NCBI GenBank assembly: GCA_964435365.1
Contig: CAYSZM010000002.1
Span: forward strand, 22,567-86,566
Source of the DNA: an uncultured Victivallis sp.
Lineage (GTDB): Bacteria > Verrucomicrobiota > Lentisphaeria > Victivallales > Victivallaceae
Length of the DNA stretch: 64,000 nt
Direction of reading: 5' to 3'
Shown: piece by piece, positions 30,577-40,422 of the stretch
Layout: each line of letters begins with the position of its first letter
How positions within the stretch are numbered: position 1 is the stretch's first letter
The notes under the pieces: model-generated
Told to the model about the DNA's origin: nothing
The model's database searches: none
Seen by the model: the letters and a program-made list of their open reading frames with translations, nothing else
Translations under genes and position numbers: made by a program

Positions 30577-31683
30577 TTATTTGCCGTTTTTCACCGAATG
30601 AAAGATATTACGATGCATTTCCACAATATGCTCCGATCCGGCAACCGCGACAGCCGTTTCGGCAGCGGCACGGGAAAGTTCTTCATAATGGTTGTCGATG
30701 CTGCGAATTCCAGTCAAAATACTCTCAACGTCATCTTCACAGATAACACCGTTTTGATGGTCCTTGATCAAATAATCAATATCCTTGGAACGAGTGACCA
30801 CCGGAACCAGTCCGTAACTCATCGCCTCCAGCAAAACCAGATCGCTGACATTATGCGTTTGCGACAGGCCCAGAATGACATCATGCCGATGATATTGGTC
30901 GGACATATTATCGCACCACCCGGGTAATGTCAGAATGCTCTCCACATGACGGGACCGGGCTTCATGTTTCACCTCCGGCAGCAATAAGCCGTCTCCCACT
31001 GCGGAGATGACATATGGCCATCCCCCGGCCAGGATTGCTTCCGCCAGGTCCACCAGCAACATCGGACGTTTGATCGGATCGAATCGCCCGGCAAACAGCA
31101 GGCGGACCGGAGAGGACATCGAGTTCCTGTGCGGGACTTCCCGGGAAATCGGCACCGGTCCGATCAGGATGGAAATTCGGTTTTCCGGGTACCCCCACGC
31201 AATCAGTTTTTCCCGCGCCGAAGGTTTCTGCACGATAATATGGCGCGCCTCAAGCAATTCAGGAAACCAGGCGGGAGGTGTTGCGGCAGAGAAAGCGTCA
31301 AAAACAGTCCCGTGCAAAGTCAAAACGACAGGAAGATTGCATTTTTTCCCCAAACGCAATGCCTGCCTTCCGCCATGCTGATAGGTGTGTCCGTGAATAA
31401 CATCGATTTTCCGGTCGCGGCAGAGAGCAGCACCCCGCCGGAGAATAGTCCAGTCAAACCATCTGTATTTCCACTGGCGTTTGATCTTGAAATTTTCCAG
31501 CGGATAACGCGGCAACCGCTCATGCAGAATCCCCGCACGGTTGGATTCGCCAATATCCTGCGCGAGAATGGTGACGGAACAGTTTCCGGCCTGCATCAGC
31601 CCTTGCGTCAAGCGATCGATATGTTTGGGCACCCCCGCCTGAAAACGGGGATAATAGCCACTGACAACCTCAAGAATATTCAT
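30577..31683 (-). CDS. GT4 glycosyltransferase
   Basis: YYPRFQAGV, FAGRFDPIK, LLEAMSYG, HQNGVI. The usual ExFG motif is degenerate. Confidence 0.8.
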   Translation of the reverse strand: MNILEVVSGYYPRFQAGVPKHIDRLTQGLMQAGNCSVTILAQDIGESNRAGILHERLPRYPLENFKIKRQWKYRWFDWTILRRGAALCRDRKIDVIHGHTYQHGGRQALRLGKKCNLPVVLTLHGTVFDAFSAATPPAWFPELLEARHIIVQKPSAREKLIAWGYPENRISILIGPVPISREVPHRNSMSSPVRLLFAGRFDPIKRPMLLVDLAEAILAGGWPYVISAVGDGLLLPEVKHEARSRHVESILTLPGWCDNMSDQYHRHDVILGLSQTHNVSDLVLLEAMSYGLVPVVTRSKDIDYLIKDHQNGVICEDDVESILTGIRSIDNHYEELSRAAAETAVAVAGSEHIVEMHRNIFHSVKNGK

Positions 31684-32805
31684 TCACTCAATTCCATGTT
31701 CATAAAGCGCTTCGAGTGCTGCAATCTCTTTTTCGCCGCTCCAGTTCGACCTGGATTTTTCCGCCGAATTGCGTCCCCATTCCTTCAGGAGCGAACGATT
31801 GTCGGCGGCAATGCAAATTGCGTCGGCAAAGGCTTTGTCGTCTCCAATCGGCACAATGACGCCATTGACCCCGGAATCGATTACCGCAGAACTGCCCTTC
31901 GTCGCAGTGACTACACTGCCCAACCCCGTAGCCATCGCTTCAATCAGCGCGACCGGCATCCCCTCCCGATAGGAGGGAAGCAAGTACAAATCCGCTGCGC
32001 GATAAACACTTGTAACATCTTTCAAAACACCGAGGTATTTTACCCGCTCATACTGTTCGGCAAATGCCGCGACTTCCGCCGTCAAGGGGCCGCCTCCGGC
32101 GATAAGCACATAGACCTCCGGGTTTTCCATGACCCGGGCCACTGCCCGAAGCAGCATATCAATCCCTTTTTCGCCGGAAAGCCGCCCGACATATGCGGCA
32201 ACAATCGAGTCTTCTGAAATATTCAATTCCTTGCGCCAGGCGGTGCGTTCCTGTTCGGTTGTTATTGAAAAGTGGGTCAAATTGATGCCGTTGTCAACCA
32301 GACTCAGATTCTTCCAGCCGGGGAAGGCGCGCCGGAATGTTTGGCAAACTTCTTCACTGACCGCAATCACCTTCAAATCATCTTTCAAGGCCAGCAGTCT
32401 GCGGTAGGTTTTGCCATCCTTCTGGGGAATCTGAGGGTGACTGTGCAAGGTCAGTATGGCGCATTTCTCACGTTTCACTGCCTTGCAAAGCAAAATCAGA
32501 GCAAGGCGGGAGAGATTGTGGCAGTGTACAACATGGTATTGCCGGAATCCGCCGAAAAGCAGAAAGCACAACATGCCGACCAGTTCGCTTAAGCCCTGCA
32601 ATTTTCGGACCGGCAAGCTGAAAAAACGGATAACCTGAACATTATCCTGTTGTTCCCGCCGCGGAGCCGTGAATATTCTGCGGGGTGTCAGTATATCCAC
32701 CGACCACCCCTTTTGTCCGAATTCAGAGGCAATGAATTCAATTTGCCTTTCCATGCCGCCGATCATGGGCAGATATTGACAGGCGAAAATCAGCAACCGT
32801 TTCAT
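31684..32805 (-). CDS. GT4 glycosyltransferase
   Basis: YLPMIGGME, VGRLSGEKG, LPSYREGMPVALIEAMA. Confidence 0.9.
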   Translation of the reverse strand: MKRLLIFACQYLPMIGGMERQIEFIASEFGQKGWSVDILTPRRIFTAPRREQQDNVQVIRFFSLPVRKLQGLSELVGMLCFLLFGGFRQYHVVHCHNLSRLALILLCKAVKREKCAILTLHSHPQIPQKDGKTYRRLLALKDDLKVIAVSEEVCQTFRRAFPGWKNLSLVDNGINLTHFSITTEQERTAWRKELNISEDSIVAAYVGRLSGEKGIDMLLRAVARVMENPEVYVLIAGGGPLTAEVAAFAEQYERVKYLGVLKDVTSVYRAADLYLLPSYREGMPVALIEAMATGLGSVVTATKGSSAVIDSGVNGVIVPIGDDKAFADAICIAADNRSLLKEWGRNSAEKSRSNWSGEKEIAALEALYEHGIE

Positions 32806-34244
32806 GGCGTGGGTTCCGTGAGCGTTCTATTGTTATTGGCCAGCACCGCCAGGGCGCCTCCGATCAGTGTCATTAGCAGCAATCCGTTTTTGCTGTTGAT
32901 GAAAAAACCTCCATTGGCACAAAAAATCAGCGCGTATATGAATATGGCCGTCAAAAGTATGCCGTAGGCCTGGGCATAGCGGTCATTTCGATCACGGGCC
33001 CCTTCGCTGCGGAATCGTTTCGTGATTTGCCACAACGCCAGAAGAAAGATGATCATGAACAATAAACCCAAAATACCGGAGGATGCCAACACGTCGGTGA
33101 AGCCGTTATGTGCTTTGAACCGGCAGTTGCCCCCCATATCCTCCATGTATCCTTCATATCCCACTCCCCAGAGCAGGCTGCCTTCCTTCCACCAATAGTA
33201 AACCGGCTGTAAGGCCATTTCGGATCTGGAATACTGCCCTCCGGCGTTCACGCTCTGCTCTTCCATATATATTTCAATGCGTTGCCAGAAATAGTCCGGG
33301 ATAATCATATTGACCGCAAACAAGATCAGGATGCCAATAGAAAACAGCTTCCCGAACTTACGGTAAATAACCAGGCTCACCAATACAGCCAATAGAAATC
33401 CGAATTGTGCCGTTTTGGTATAAGACAACAGAACGGGATAGGCGCAAAGAGGAATCAGGGCTCCAAAAAGCACCGGCCTGAACAACGCCAGGCAAGTACA
33501 CATGCATAATGCGCTTCCGCACAAAAAACCGATGCCGGCAGCGCCGCGCCCCATTGAATTGCGGACTACACTGAATTCATCCGAACCGATATCCTGCGGA
33601 ATAAAAATGCAAACCACACAGAAGAGAACGGACAGTAATATGATCGGAATCATATTTTTCAAGACATTCTTCGTTGCAGAATCTTCCGAACGGCTGCAGA
33701 AGAAAACAGCCGTTGCACTCACCACTATCTGGATGAATGACCGCCCGAACGCCGATAATTCGATAGGTAGGTTTCCGGGAACCGTCATGCCGACGGAGAT
33801 GAGCTTCATGATGCAAAACAATCCGAAGGAAATGAACAACCACGGACACTGGGCGTAAATTTTCCGAAAAGACTTTTTGGCCTGGACGAAACATGGGCTC
33901 AGAATAAAAAGCAAACATGCCAGGTTGAGTATGTTGGCCCCGGGAAACAGGGTGGAACAAAAAGGCAATTCTGTTTTGCTGCGCAGCCCGTAAGCCCATA
34001 AAACAACCATCCACATGCCGGAGTCAAATTTCCGACCATTGATGATGATTGCAATCAGAGTCACCAATTGCAATGTTCCGGTCAATGCCGGAGACAAGGG
34101 TAACTGAGAAAGGATATCCGGCATCATGATCAAGAAGATGCAAAAACCTCTTCTGTCAAGAAGGCCGGATAATTTTATTTTGGGCGCTTTTGTTTTAGCG
34201 CAATCGGTATATGTATATTTGTTCAGAATTCTCTCGGACCACAT
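32802..34244 (-). CDS. O-antigen polymerase/ligase (Wzy_C family) membrane protein; start uncertain
   Basis: Multi-TM protein with LSYTKT, LWGVGY, AHNGFTDVLASSGILG. Confidence 0.7.
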   Translation of the reverse strand: MWSERILNKYTYTDCAKTKAPKIKLSGLLDRRGFCIFLIMMPDILSQLPLSPALTGTLQLVTLIAIIINGRKFDSGMWMVVLWAYGLRSKTELPFCSTLFPGANILNLACLLFILSPCFVQAKKSFRKIYAQCPWLFISFGLFCIMKLISVGMTVPGNLPIELSAFGRSFIQIVVSATAVFFCSRSEDSATKNVLKNMIPIILLSVLFCVVCIFIPQDIGSDEFSVVRNSMGRGAAGIGFLCGSALCMCTCLALFRPVLFGALIPLCAYPVLLSYTKTAQFGFLLAVLVSLVIYRKFGKLFSIGILILFAVNMIIPDYFWQRIEIYMEEQSVNAGGQYSRSEMALQPVYYWWKEGSLLWGVGYEGYMEDMGGNCRFKAHNGFTDVLASSGILGLLFMIIFLLALWQITKRFRSEGARDRNDRYAQAYGILLTAIFIYALIFCANGGFFINSKNGLLLMTLIGGALAVLANNNRTLTEPTP

Positions 34245-36087
34245 TTCCCCACCGTCCCTGGACGCCTCCGGTTAAAATTACACACAAATCCGCGTTCTCT
34301 TTCAAATAATCAACCAGCGGGTAAGGTGCATGAATTTTATTCTCATACTCAAATTCCCGTAGTAATACATAGCTGCAATGATAACGGTTCAAGGCACGCT
34401 TCCAATCGTCAAGACTGGTGAATTCCATATCCCGGAATTCGGTGGCGCGACTGATTTTAAACTGCCGCCGCTTCAGATAAAACGCATTGCTGCATGTGAG
34501 CCCCACGACGGCATCTTCCGGCGTATTCCTGTTCAGCCAGGAATGCGCATCGTAATTGATGGTCTTGTGGGTCAGGAAGTTCTCTGCGGCCGCCGGCCCG
34601 CCGTAAACGGGCAGGAAGCAGATCAGCATCGCGCCGAGATAAGCCAGGGTAATTCCTGCCATCGCCAGCAACGACAATCCGAAAAAAAACCGGAAAGCCT
34701 TCCCGTTCCGCATCAGCTCCGCCGCCGCCACTCCGGCTGGAATCGCCATGATGCCGTTAACGGGGGCGTAGTATCGTCCGCTGGCGGCACCGACGATGTA
34801 AGTCAGCGCATAAAACGCCAGAACCGTCAGAAATGCCGGGGCAAGCTGTTTGAACAGATTGCGGAATGCCAGGCATCCGGCGACAATGGCCGAAAGCGGC
34901 AGGAAAGACATCATGGGAAAGACGAAAGCCTGCTTCAGTGACGGAACAATCCGATATGGTGCGACAGACAGATTCCACCAGAGCAACAACCCGTTGAAGA
35001 GAGATTTGTTGCTCACTTCCGGCATCACGGAATATTGCGGCGCGGATGGGAAAAACGGCTTCAGAATTTTAGGCAGCGCCGGATAAAAGGGATTTCCCGT
35101 CCACCACCAGGTCCGGAAATACATCGGCCCCGCAATCGCCAATACTCCGAGCCCTCCCAGCAGGCAGGCAAGCAACAATTTGTGCCAGGCAGTTCGTCGG
35201 CAATGGAAGAAAAACAGCGAAGCCGCCCAGACCGGGCAGAAAATCAGAGCATTGGTTTTGGTACAGCAGGCAAAACCGAGAAAAATCCCCCCCGCCAATG
35301 CGGAAAATATAAGTTGCTCCTGCTTTTCTTCGGCAAGAGGATAAATGCAGAGGAACGATGCCAGAACATAGGTCATCGTCGGAATATCCACGAACGGAGA
35401 TACCGAAAGCTGTACCGTCTGGGGGGTTGCGGCGAAAATGAACAACGCATAGACTGCCGCCCTGCGGGAAAAATGACACCGCACAAACTCATAGATCAGC
35501 AAGCCTGCGCTGAATGTGAAGAATAAATGAAACAGAGCCGGAGCGGAAATCGCCCCCAGGCTCAATGCAATCAAGTTCCACGAATACATCAGTGCGGGGA
35601 TTCCCCCAAAACGATGATCTGCGACAAAGTAGATATTCCCTTCCTGCAACCAACGCTGGGGGATGTCCAGATGGCATGAGAGCACGTCTCCAGCAGAAGG
35701 CGGCAACAACGCCAACAGCATCATCAACAGGCAAAATCCCCCGAACACCATGAGTTCAGGAGGAATGACCGCCAGATTCCGCAGCCGGATTTTCCTGATA
35801 TGACGGAATAGCCAGATGGCGGTCAGGCCGGCGAAAACCGCCAAAATTGCAATGATGGCCGGACGCGATATTTTCACCATGAATGTGAAGGCGATAACCA
35901 GGCCCAACAGCCCGCTTCCCAGAAGCCAGGTAAGAAAATGTTGCGACAGACGGCTGAAGCCGTTAAGGCGCAACCATCCGGCGACAGAAAGCCCCACGCC
36001 ATAGGCGGCCAATATCATTACGCTCCCGACAAAGAAATTCCAAACGAAAAAGCTGAATGATCCAATAGGCATATCGTTACAATCCAA
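34195..36087 (-). CDS. GT-C fold multi-pass membrane glycosyltransferase-like protein
   Basis: PPSAGDVLSCHL, FVDIP, CTKTN, WTGNPFYP, GRYYAP and a soluble C-terminal tail. Confidence 0.6.
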   Translation of the reverse strand: MDCNDMPIGSFSFFVWNFFVGSVMILAAYGVGLSVAGWLRLNGFSRLSQHFLTWLLGSGLLGLVIAFTFMVKISRPAIIAILAVFAGLTAIWLFRHIRKIRLRNLAVIPPELMVFGGFCLLMMLLALLPPSAGDVLSCHLDIPQRWLQEGNIYFVADHRFGGIPALMYSWNLIALSLGAISAPALFHLFFTFSAGLLIYEFVRCHFSRRAAVYALFIFAATPQTVQLSVSPFVDIPTMTYVLASFLCIYPLAEEKQEQLIFSALAGGIFLGFACCTKTNALIFCPVWAASLFFFHCRRTAWHKLLLACLLGGLGVLAIAGPMYFRTWWWTGNPFYPALPKILKPFFPSAPQYSVMPEVSNKSLFNGLLLWWNLSVAPYRIVPSLKQAFVFPMMSFLPLSAIVAGCLAFRNLFKQLAPAFLTVLAFYALTYIVGAASGRYYAPVNGIMAIPAGVAAAELMRNGKAFRFFFGLSLLAMAGITLAYLGAMLICFLPVYGGPAAAENFLTHKTINYDAHSWLNRNTPEDAVVGLTCSNAFYLKRRQFKISRATEFRDMEFTSLDDWKRALNRYHCSYVLLREFEYENKIHAPYPLVDYLKENADLCVILTGGVQGRWGNVVRENSEQIYIYRLR

Positions 36088-37408
36088 GCACTTTTACCAC
36101 AATACGATTCAGAAAGAGCCAGCCCCAGGCAGCGCCGACGACAACGATCCAGAGCAGGGCCAGAAATGTGAAAAAACCATTGCGGGAAACGGGTTCGGTT
36201 TCAAAAGGCAAGGCGTTGTCCTTGCCGGACTGCCCGAGACGAATGGTTTCAAGCATCCTGTCGAACGTGTTTTGGGTGACGATTGATTTCACCTTGTCCA
36301 AAGCATTGTTCTGCATGCGAAGTCGTTCCTTGTCCGGCAGCATGACTGCCCGCTCCAGGGCGTCCTTCAACGCCGCGGCATCTCCGGCCGGACATAGAAA
36401 ACCGTCGGTCCCCTCTTCTATGACGTCTGTAATTCCACGGATGCAGCTGCCTACGGGAAGGCAACCGGCCGCCATCCCTTCGATAATCACATTCGGCGTC
36501 CCTTCCGAAAAACTGGGAAGCACGATGATTCCGGCCTGATCATATTTATCGAAAAGAGCAGGACCATATTCCAACAGACCACAGAGTGTCGTCGCTTCCG
36601 ACAATTGCTTTTTCTGCAAAATAGAACGGACCGCATCCAGTTGCCCGGACCCGCCGACCAGATCCAGGTGCAAGTCCCAATCCGGATGGCTTTTGCGCAA
36701 CAGTTCAAATGCATCAAGCAGAACAAAAACCCCCTTGGCTTTTTCGAGCCTGCCAACAAAAAGGATACGGTACCGGCTGCGCCGTTCGTTCCCAATGAAG
36801 TCCGGATAGGACTGAATGCTGCCGATCAATGGCGATACATCGATATTTCGCTTGCGGAAATCGGACACCCGTTCGGCGCCGCGCATGAAAGTGGAATAAT
36901 GACGATATCCGAACTCTGCGGCGCACCATTCCCACCAGGTGGCCCATAGAAATACCGGCCAATGCCGCCAACGTATCGCCCTGGCACTGCCCATGGTTTG
37001 AGCAATGCTGCCGCGATCGGCGATAACCAGAGGTTTTCGATACAGACGGCAGACCAAGATCCCGATGGCCCCCATCCCCGTCAGACTGGGCACATAACAA
37101 AAGCACTTTTCCGCATTCTTCAACAACAGCAGCAACGCGATCAGATAATAAACAGCATACGCCGGATACAGTATGATGTGAGGAGCGGCTTTCAGACCGA
37201 TCACTCGGATTCGCCGGTCATCCAGACGCTTTCCCCCGGTCAGGGACCGTTGACGGCAGGGGCAGATCACGGTTACGCCGCCAAGTCGATCGGCAACGAT
37301 ATTGAGTTCAGATACGAAGCCCCCTTCAGCCCAATAACCATTATCGAAATGAAACAGATTTTTACCGGTGATGAAAGTATAAGGAGCCTGCGCGGACGTA
37401 ACATTCAT
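36077..37408 (-). CDS. GT4 glycosyltransferase with C-terminal TM helix
   Basis: FVGRLEKAKG, LPSFSEGTPNVIIEGMA, hydrophobic C-terminus. ATGA overlap sets the start at 37408. Confidence 0.82.
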   Translation of the reverse strand: MNVTSAQAPYTFITGKNLFHFDNGYWAEGGFVSELNIVADRLGGVTVICPCRQRSLTGGKRLDDRRIRVIGLKAAPHIILYPAYAVYYLIALLLLLKNAEKCFCYVPSLTGMGAIGILVCRLYRKPLVIADRGSIAQTMGSARAIRWRHWPVFLWATWWEWCAAEFGYRHYSTFMRGAERVSDFRKRNIDVSPLIGSIQSYPDFIGNERRSRYRILFVGRLEKAKGVFVLLDAFELLRKSHPDWDLHLDLVGGSGQLDAVRSILQKKQLSEATTLCGLLEYGPALFDKYDQAGIIVLPSFSEGTPNVIIEGMAAGCLPVGSCIRGITDVIEEGTDGFLCPAGDAAALKDALERAVMLPDKERLRMQNNALDKVKSIVTQNTFDRMLETIRLGQSGKDNALPFETEPVSRNGFFTFLALLWIVVVGAAWGWLFLNRIVVKVLGL

Positions 37409-38394
37409 ACCGCATCGCCTTTCTTGAAGGCAACGCGAAGTTTCTGCAATTCTTCGCAAAGAGCTCTGATTTTGTAATTGCCTCCGAGGAGAGATAGCAT
37501 GCCCAAAGCACCGCAGCAGATAAAATAAACCAAAAATTGGAACAGGGAGGCGGCAATGATATCGGAATCCGCAAAGTGATATGACTGAAGCAGCAGGATC
37601 ATCGTCGCTTCACGGGTTCCCATGCCGGCAATGGAAATCGGCAGCAACAAGACCAGACCGACGGCGCTGAACAGGAAACAGGTGCCCGGGAAATCGAGTT
37701 TTACTCCGCAAGCATGCAGGATCAAATAATTGGAGTAGAAGTACAGCAAATATCCCACCACACTCAGCCCCCATGCCGGCAGTCCTTTCTTCCGAATCAA
37801 AGGCGTGATGCCAACCCCGATGATGATCAGAAGCTTTCCGATCACGCGCCATTTTTTGAGGATCGGAGTCAGCCGGGACAGCAGAAATACCGCAACCGCC
37901 ACACTCAGCAGTCCAATCAGCAAAACACCGGTCAGAATCCACCATATGCTCGACGGACTCGACCATACCAGCCAGTGCAGCAATCCGACGCCCCCCAGCC
38001 AGACCAGAATGAAAAGGTCGAAGAAACGATCACTCAACACCGATACAAAAGAGTGCTGCAACGAGACTTTTTTCAGATGGTACAGCTGATAGGTTTTGAA
38101 AAACTCACCCAGCCGTCCGGGCGTAACAACCCCCAGGGCAAAGGAATCCAGATAATAACGAAATGCCTCTCCCTGTCCCAGGGTACAGGCACCTCCGATC
38201 AGCCATCTCCAACGCGCCGATTTGACCAGCAACACCGACAACGCAAGCACCATGACAACCGGAAATACCCAATAGGGGACTCCGGTCAAAACGCCCCAGA
38301 CCGTTTTCAAATTAATATTGGCCTTGATGAGCAATAACGTCAACAGCCCGGTTGAAATCAGGACTTTCAAAACAAGCGGGAGCGCTTTTTTCAT
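37405..38394 (-). CDS. Lysylphosphatidylglycerol-synthase TM-domain (UPF0104/AglD2-like) putative flippase
   Basis: KSARWRWL, TPGRLGEFFK, SDRFFD, LPISIAGMGTRE. Confidence 0.8.
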   Translation of the reverse strand: MKKALPLVLKVLISTGLLTLLLIKANINLKTVWGVLTGVPYWVFPVVMVLALSVLLVKSARWRWLIGGACTLGQGEAFRYYLDSFALGVVTPGRLGEFFKTYQLYHLKKVSLQHSFVSVLSDRFFDLFILVWLGGVGLLHWLVWSSPSSIWWILTGVLLIGLLSVAVAVFLLSRLTPILKKWRVIGKLLIIIGVGITPLIRKKGLPAWGLSVVGYLLYFYSNYLILHACGVKLDFPGTCFLFSAVGLVLLLPISIAGMGTREATMILLLQSYHFADSDIIAASLFQFLVYFICCGALGMLSLLGGNYKIRALCEELQKLRVAFKKGDAV

Positions 38395-39716
38395 AATTGA
38401 TCCCGCTTGATGTCATGGGTCATTTTTTTCCACTGGGTGCGGGCCTTCTCAAACATGTTGCCGATAAATTGAGGCGGCAACATCTCCACCGTCTTGCGCG
38501 CCAGTCCGGTTCCCATCATCAGGAACATCAATGAGACCACCACTTCCATGCAATATCGGGACAACGAAATGGATGGATATGGCTCCCCCCAGTCTGGCAC
38601 CGGACGCCCGAGCCAGCGACGAAATTTCATGCGGATAAAGGAACCGCGTTTTTTCAAATCGTAACCATGAGAATGCATTTGCACGCTTTCCTCTGCTGAA
38701 ATCGGCAGCAATTCCAGCAACCCGCGAGCCTGCATCTCCTGCAGGATGCGCACTCCTTCGGAAGAACGCCCGATCACCATCGAAAATCCCTTGCCCCGCT
38801 CCTCATAGACAGGCGCCCAGGCATCGCCTCCGCTGATGTCGGTGAATTCGTTGGCCAAATCAATGCAATACAGAGAATTGCGCATGATGTGGAACGGGAT
38901 CAGATAGTTGGCATGAAATTTCTTCATCTCAATCACTCTCCGATCTCCCAGCTCAATGCGCATTTTTCCGGGCCACTCTCCATAACGGAAATAGAGCCGG
39001 GTAATGGCATGATAATCCTTTTCTCCATAAGTCTTCAGGAAGCTTTTGATGGAGGAGAAATGCAGAGAGTTGCCGTAATATGGGCCAAAAATATACTTGA
39101 TGTTACGGACAACAGGGTCCTGGTGCCGCTGGAGCAGCCGGATGCCTTGTACATGGGGAGGCAGCCCGACAAAAGCAAGCTTTCCGGGAAAGGAGTCGAT
39201 CTGGGGTAAAATTTCATTCACCGAAGCAATGGTGTACTTGCTTTGGGCTCCGGCCATGATTTCATCCCGGGTGGTTGCGATATAGGCCTGTGATAACCAC
39301 GGGGTTTTGTCTGACATGCCCAAGACGACCGCCCCATCAATCTGGCCGGTTTCGAGCAAATGGATCAAAACCGCGGAAATAATCCCGCCACTGGCTCCGC
39401 GGGTCCTGACTTCGGCCTCTGTCGCATTCCCGATGAAAATATCCTGATAAGGACCGATATAACGATTGTATCTGGATTTTTCGCTTTGGAAGAAAAAGTC
39501 CCGGTTTTCAGGGAAATTAAATCCGGGACCAGGACAATTGGCTAGAATTCGCTCTGTTTCAGCTTCGGTCAGGGCAGTGACAATTTGAGGTCTGTAAGCG
39601 CCCTCTTTGTCGACGAAGACGATTTTCCCCCCGCTCAGGCCGACACAATTACCACAGCGGGAACACAAATGTCCCCGCATGATTTTCTTCAGTTGATCAA
39701 GCTTTTCTGCAGACAT
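38391..39716 (-). CDS. FrhB-like (F420 hydrogenase/dehydrogenase beta-subunit family) Fe-S flavoprotein
   Basis: CSRCGNC, GASGGIIS, GQIDGAVV, AGAQSKYT, VGLPPHVQG, DISGGDAW. Confidence 0.78.
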   Translation of the reverse strand: MSAEKLDQLKKIMRGHLCSRCGNCVGLSGGKIVFVDKEGAYRPQIVTALTEAETERILANCPGPGFNFPENRDFFFQSEKSRYNRYIGPYQDIFIGNATEAEVRTRGASGGIISAVLIHLLETGQIDGAVVLGMSDKTPWLSQAYIATTRDEIMAGAQSKYTIASVNEILPQIDSFPGKLAFVGLPPHVQGIRLLQRHQDPVVRNIKYIFGPYYGNSLHFSSIKSFLKTYGEKDYHAITRLYFRYGEWPGKMRIELGDRRVIEMKKFHANYLIPFHIMRNSLYCIDLANEFTDISGGDAWAPVYEERGKGFSMVIGRSSEGVRILQEMQARGLLELLPISAEESVQMHSHGYDLKKRGSFIRMKFRRWLGRPVPDWGEPYPSISLSRYCMEVVVSLMFLMMGTGLARKTVEMLPPQFIGNMFEKARTQWKKMTHDIKRDQL

Positions 39717-40419
39717 AAAATTGCCGTATCCCCAGTTCGGACAAGAATTTAAAATGCCGGATCGCCCACTCCCCGAAAGTCTTCAGAAAATGCGGCCCTA
39801 CCGGTATCAACAATGATCCCTCATGGTGCAGCAGCTGCCAACCCGATTCCCGGAACATCTGCTTGACTTCACGAGACGGCAGGAACCGATGCGGTCCCTC
39901 GCCATGACCGCCGAAAACAGCCGTGTAAAATCGGTAGGCCGGTTCGCAGGTTAACGGCGGACAGCTCAGCACCATGATCGTATTCGGCTTCGCCACCCGC
40001 CACAACTCCTTGAGAAACACCACCGGCTCTGCAACATGTTCCAACGTTTCCAGCGATGCGACACGATCGAAACTCTCGTCTTCAAACGGCAATACGGAAT
40101 ACGAGGACAATTTGAGCTGCTTTACCTCCGGGCGAATTTCGGCGGCGACCCGCATCAGCTGGGCTGAAATCTCCGCATTCAACACTTCCAGCCGGGGATT
40201 GATGCGCGAGATGTAATCGTTGAGCTCGCAATCCCGGCTGGTTATGTTCAAAATCCGGCCGGATTCAGGGAGGTCCAGAAACGAAACCGATTTCGCAAAG
40301 CGTTGGTTATGGGTATCTTCCACGCTGTTGTTGCTGTCCACATATTGATCCGCAACAGCGTCCCAATGAGCCTCGACATCCTGGTCGGTCCATTTGTTCT
40401 GATAGATTAATTTCACCAA
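39697..40419 (-). CDS. Class I SAM-dependent methyltransferase-like protein
   Basis: LPFEDESFDRV..LETLEHV.EP...LKELWRVAKP. Motif I is atypical (ILNITSRDC). TTG or GTG start after GGAG. Confidence 0.7.
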   Translation of the reverse strand: MVKLIYQNKWTDQDVEAHWDAVADQYVDSNNSVEDTHNQRFAKSVSFLDLPESGRILNITSRDCELNDYISRINPRLEVLNAEISAQLMRVAAEIRPEVKQLKLSSYSVLPFEDESFDRVASLETLEHVAEPVVFLKELWRVAKPNTIMVLSCPPLTCEPAYRFYTAVFGGHGEGPHRFLPSREVKQMFRESGWQLLHHEGSLLIPVGPHFLKTFGEWAIRHFKFLSELGIRQFYVCRKA

Positions 40420-40422
40420 AAT

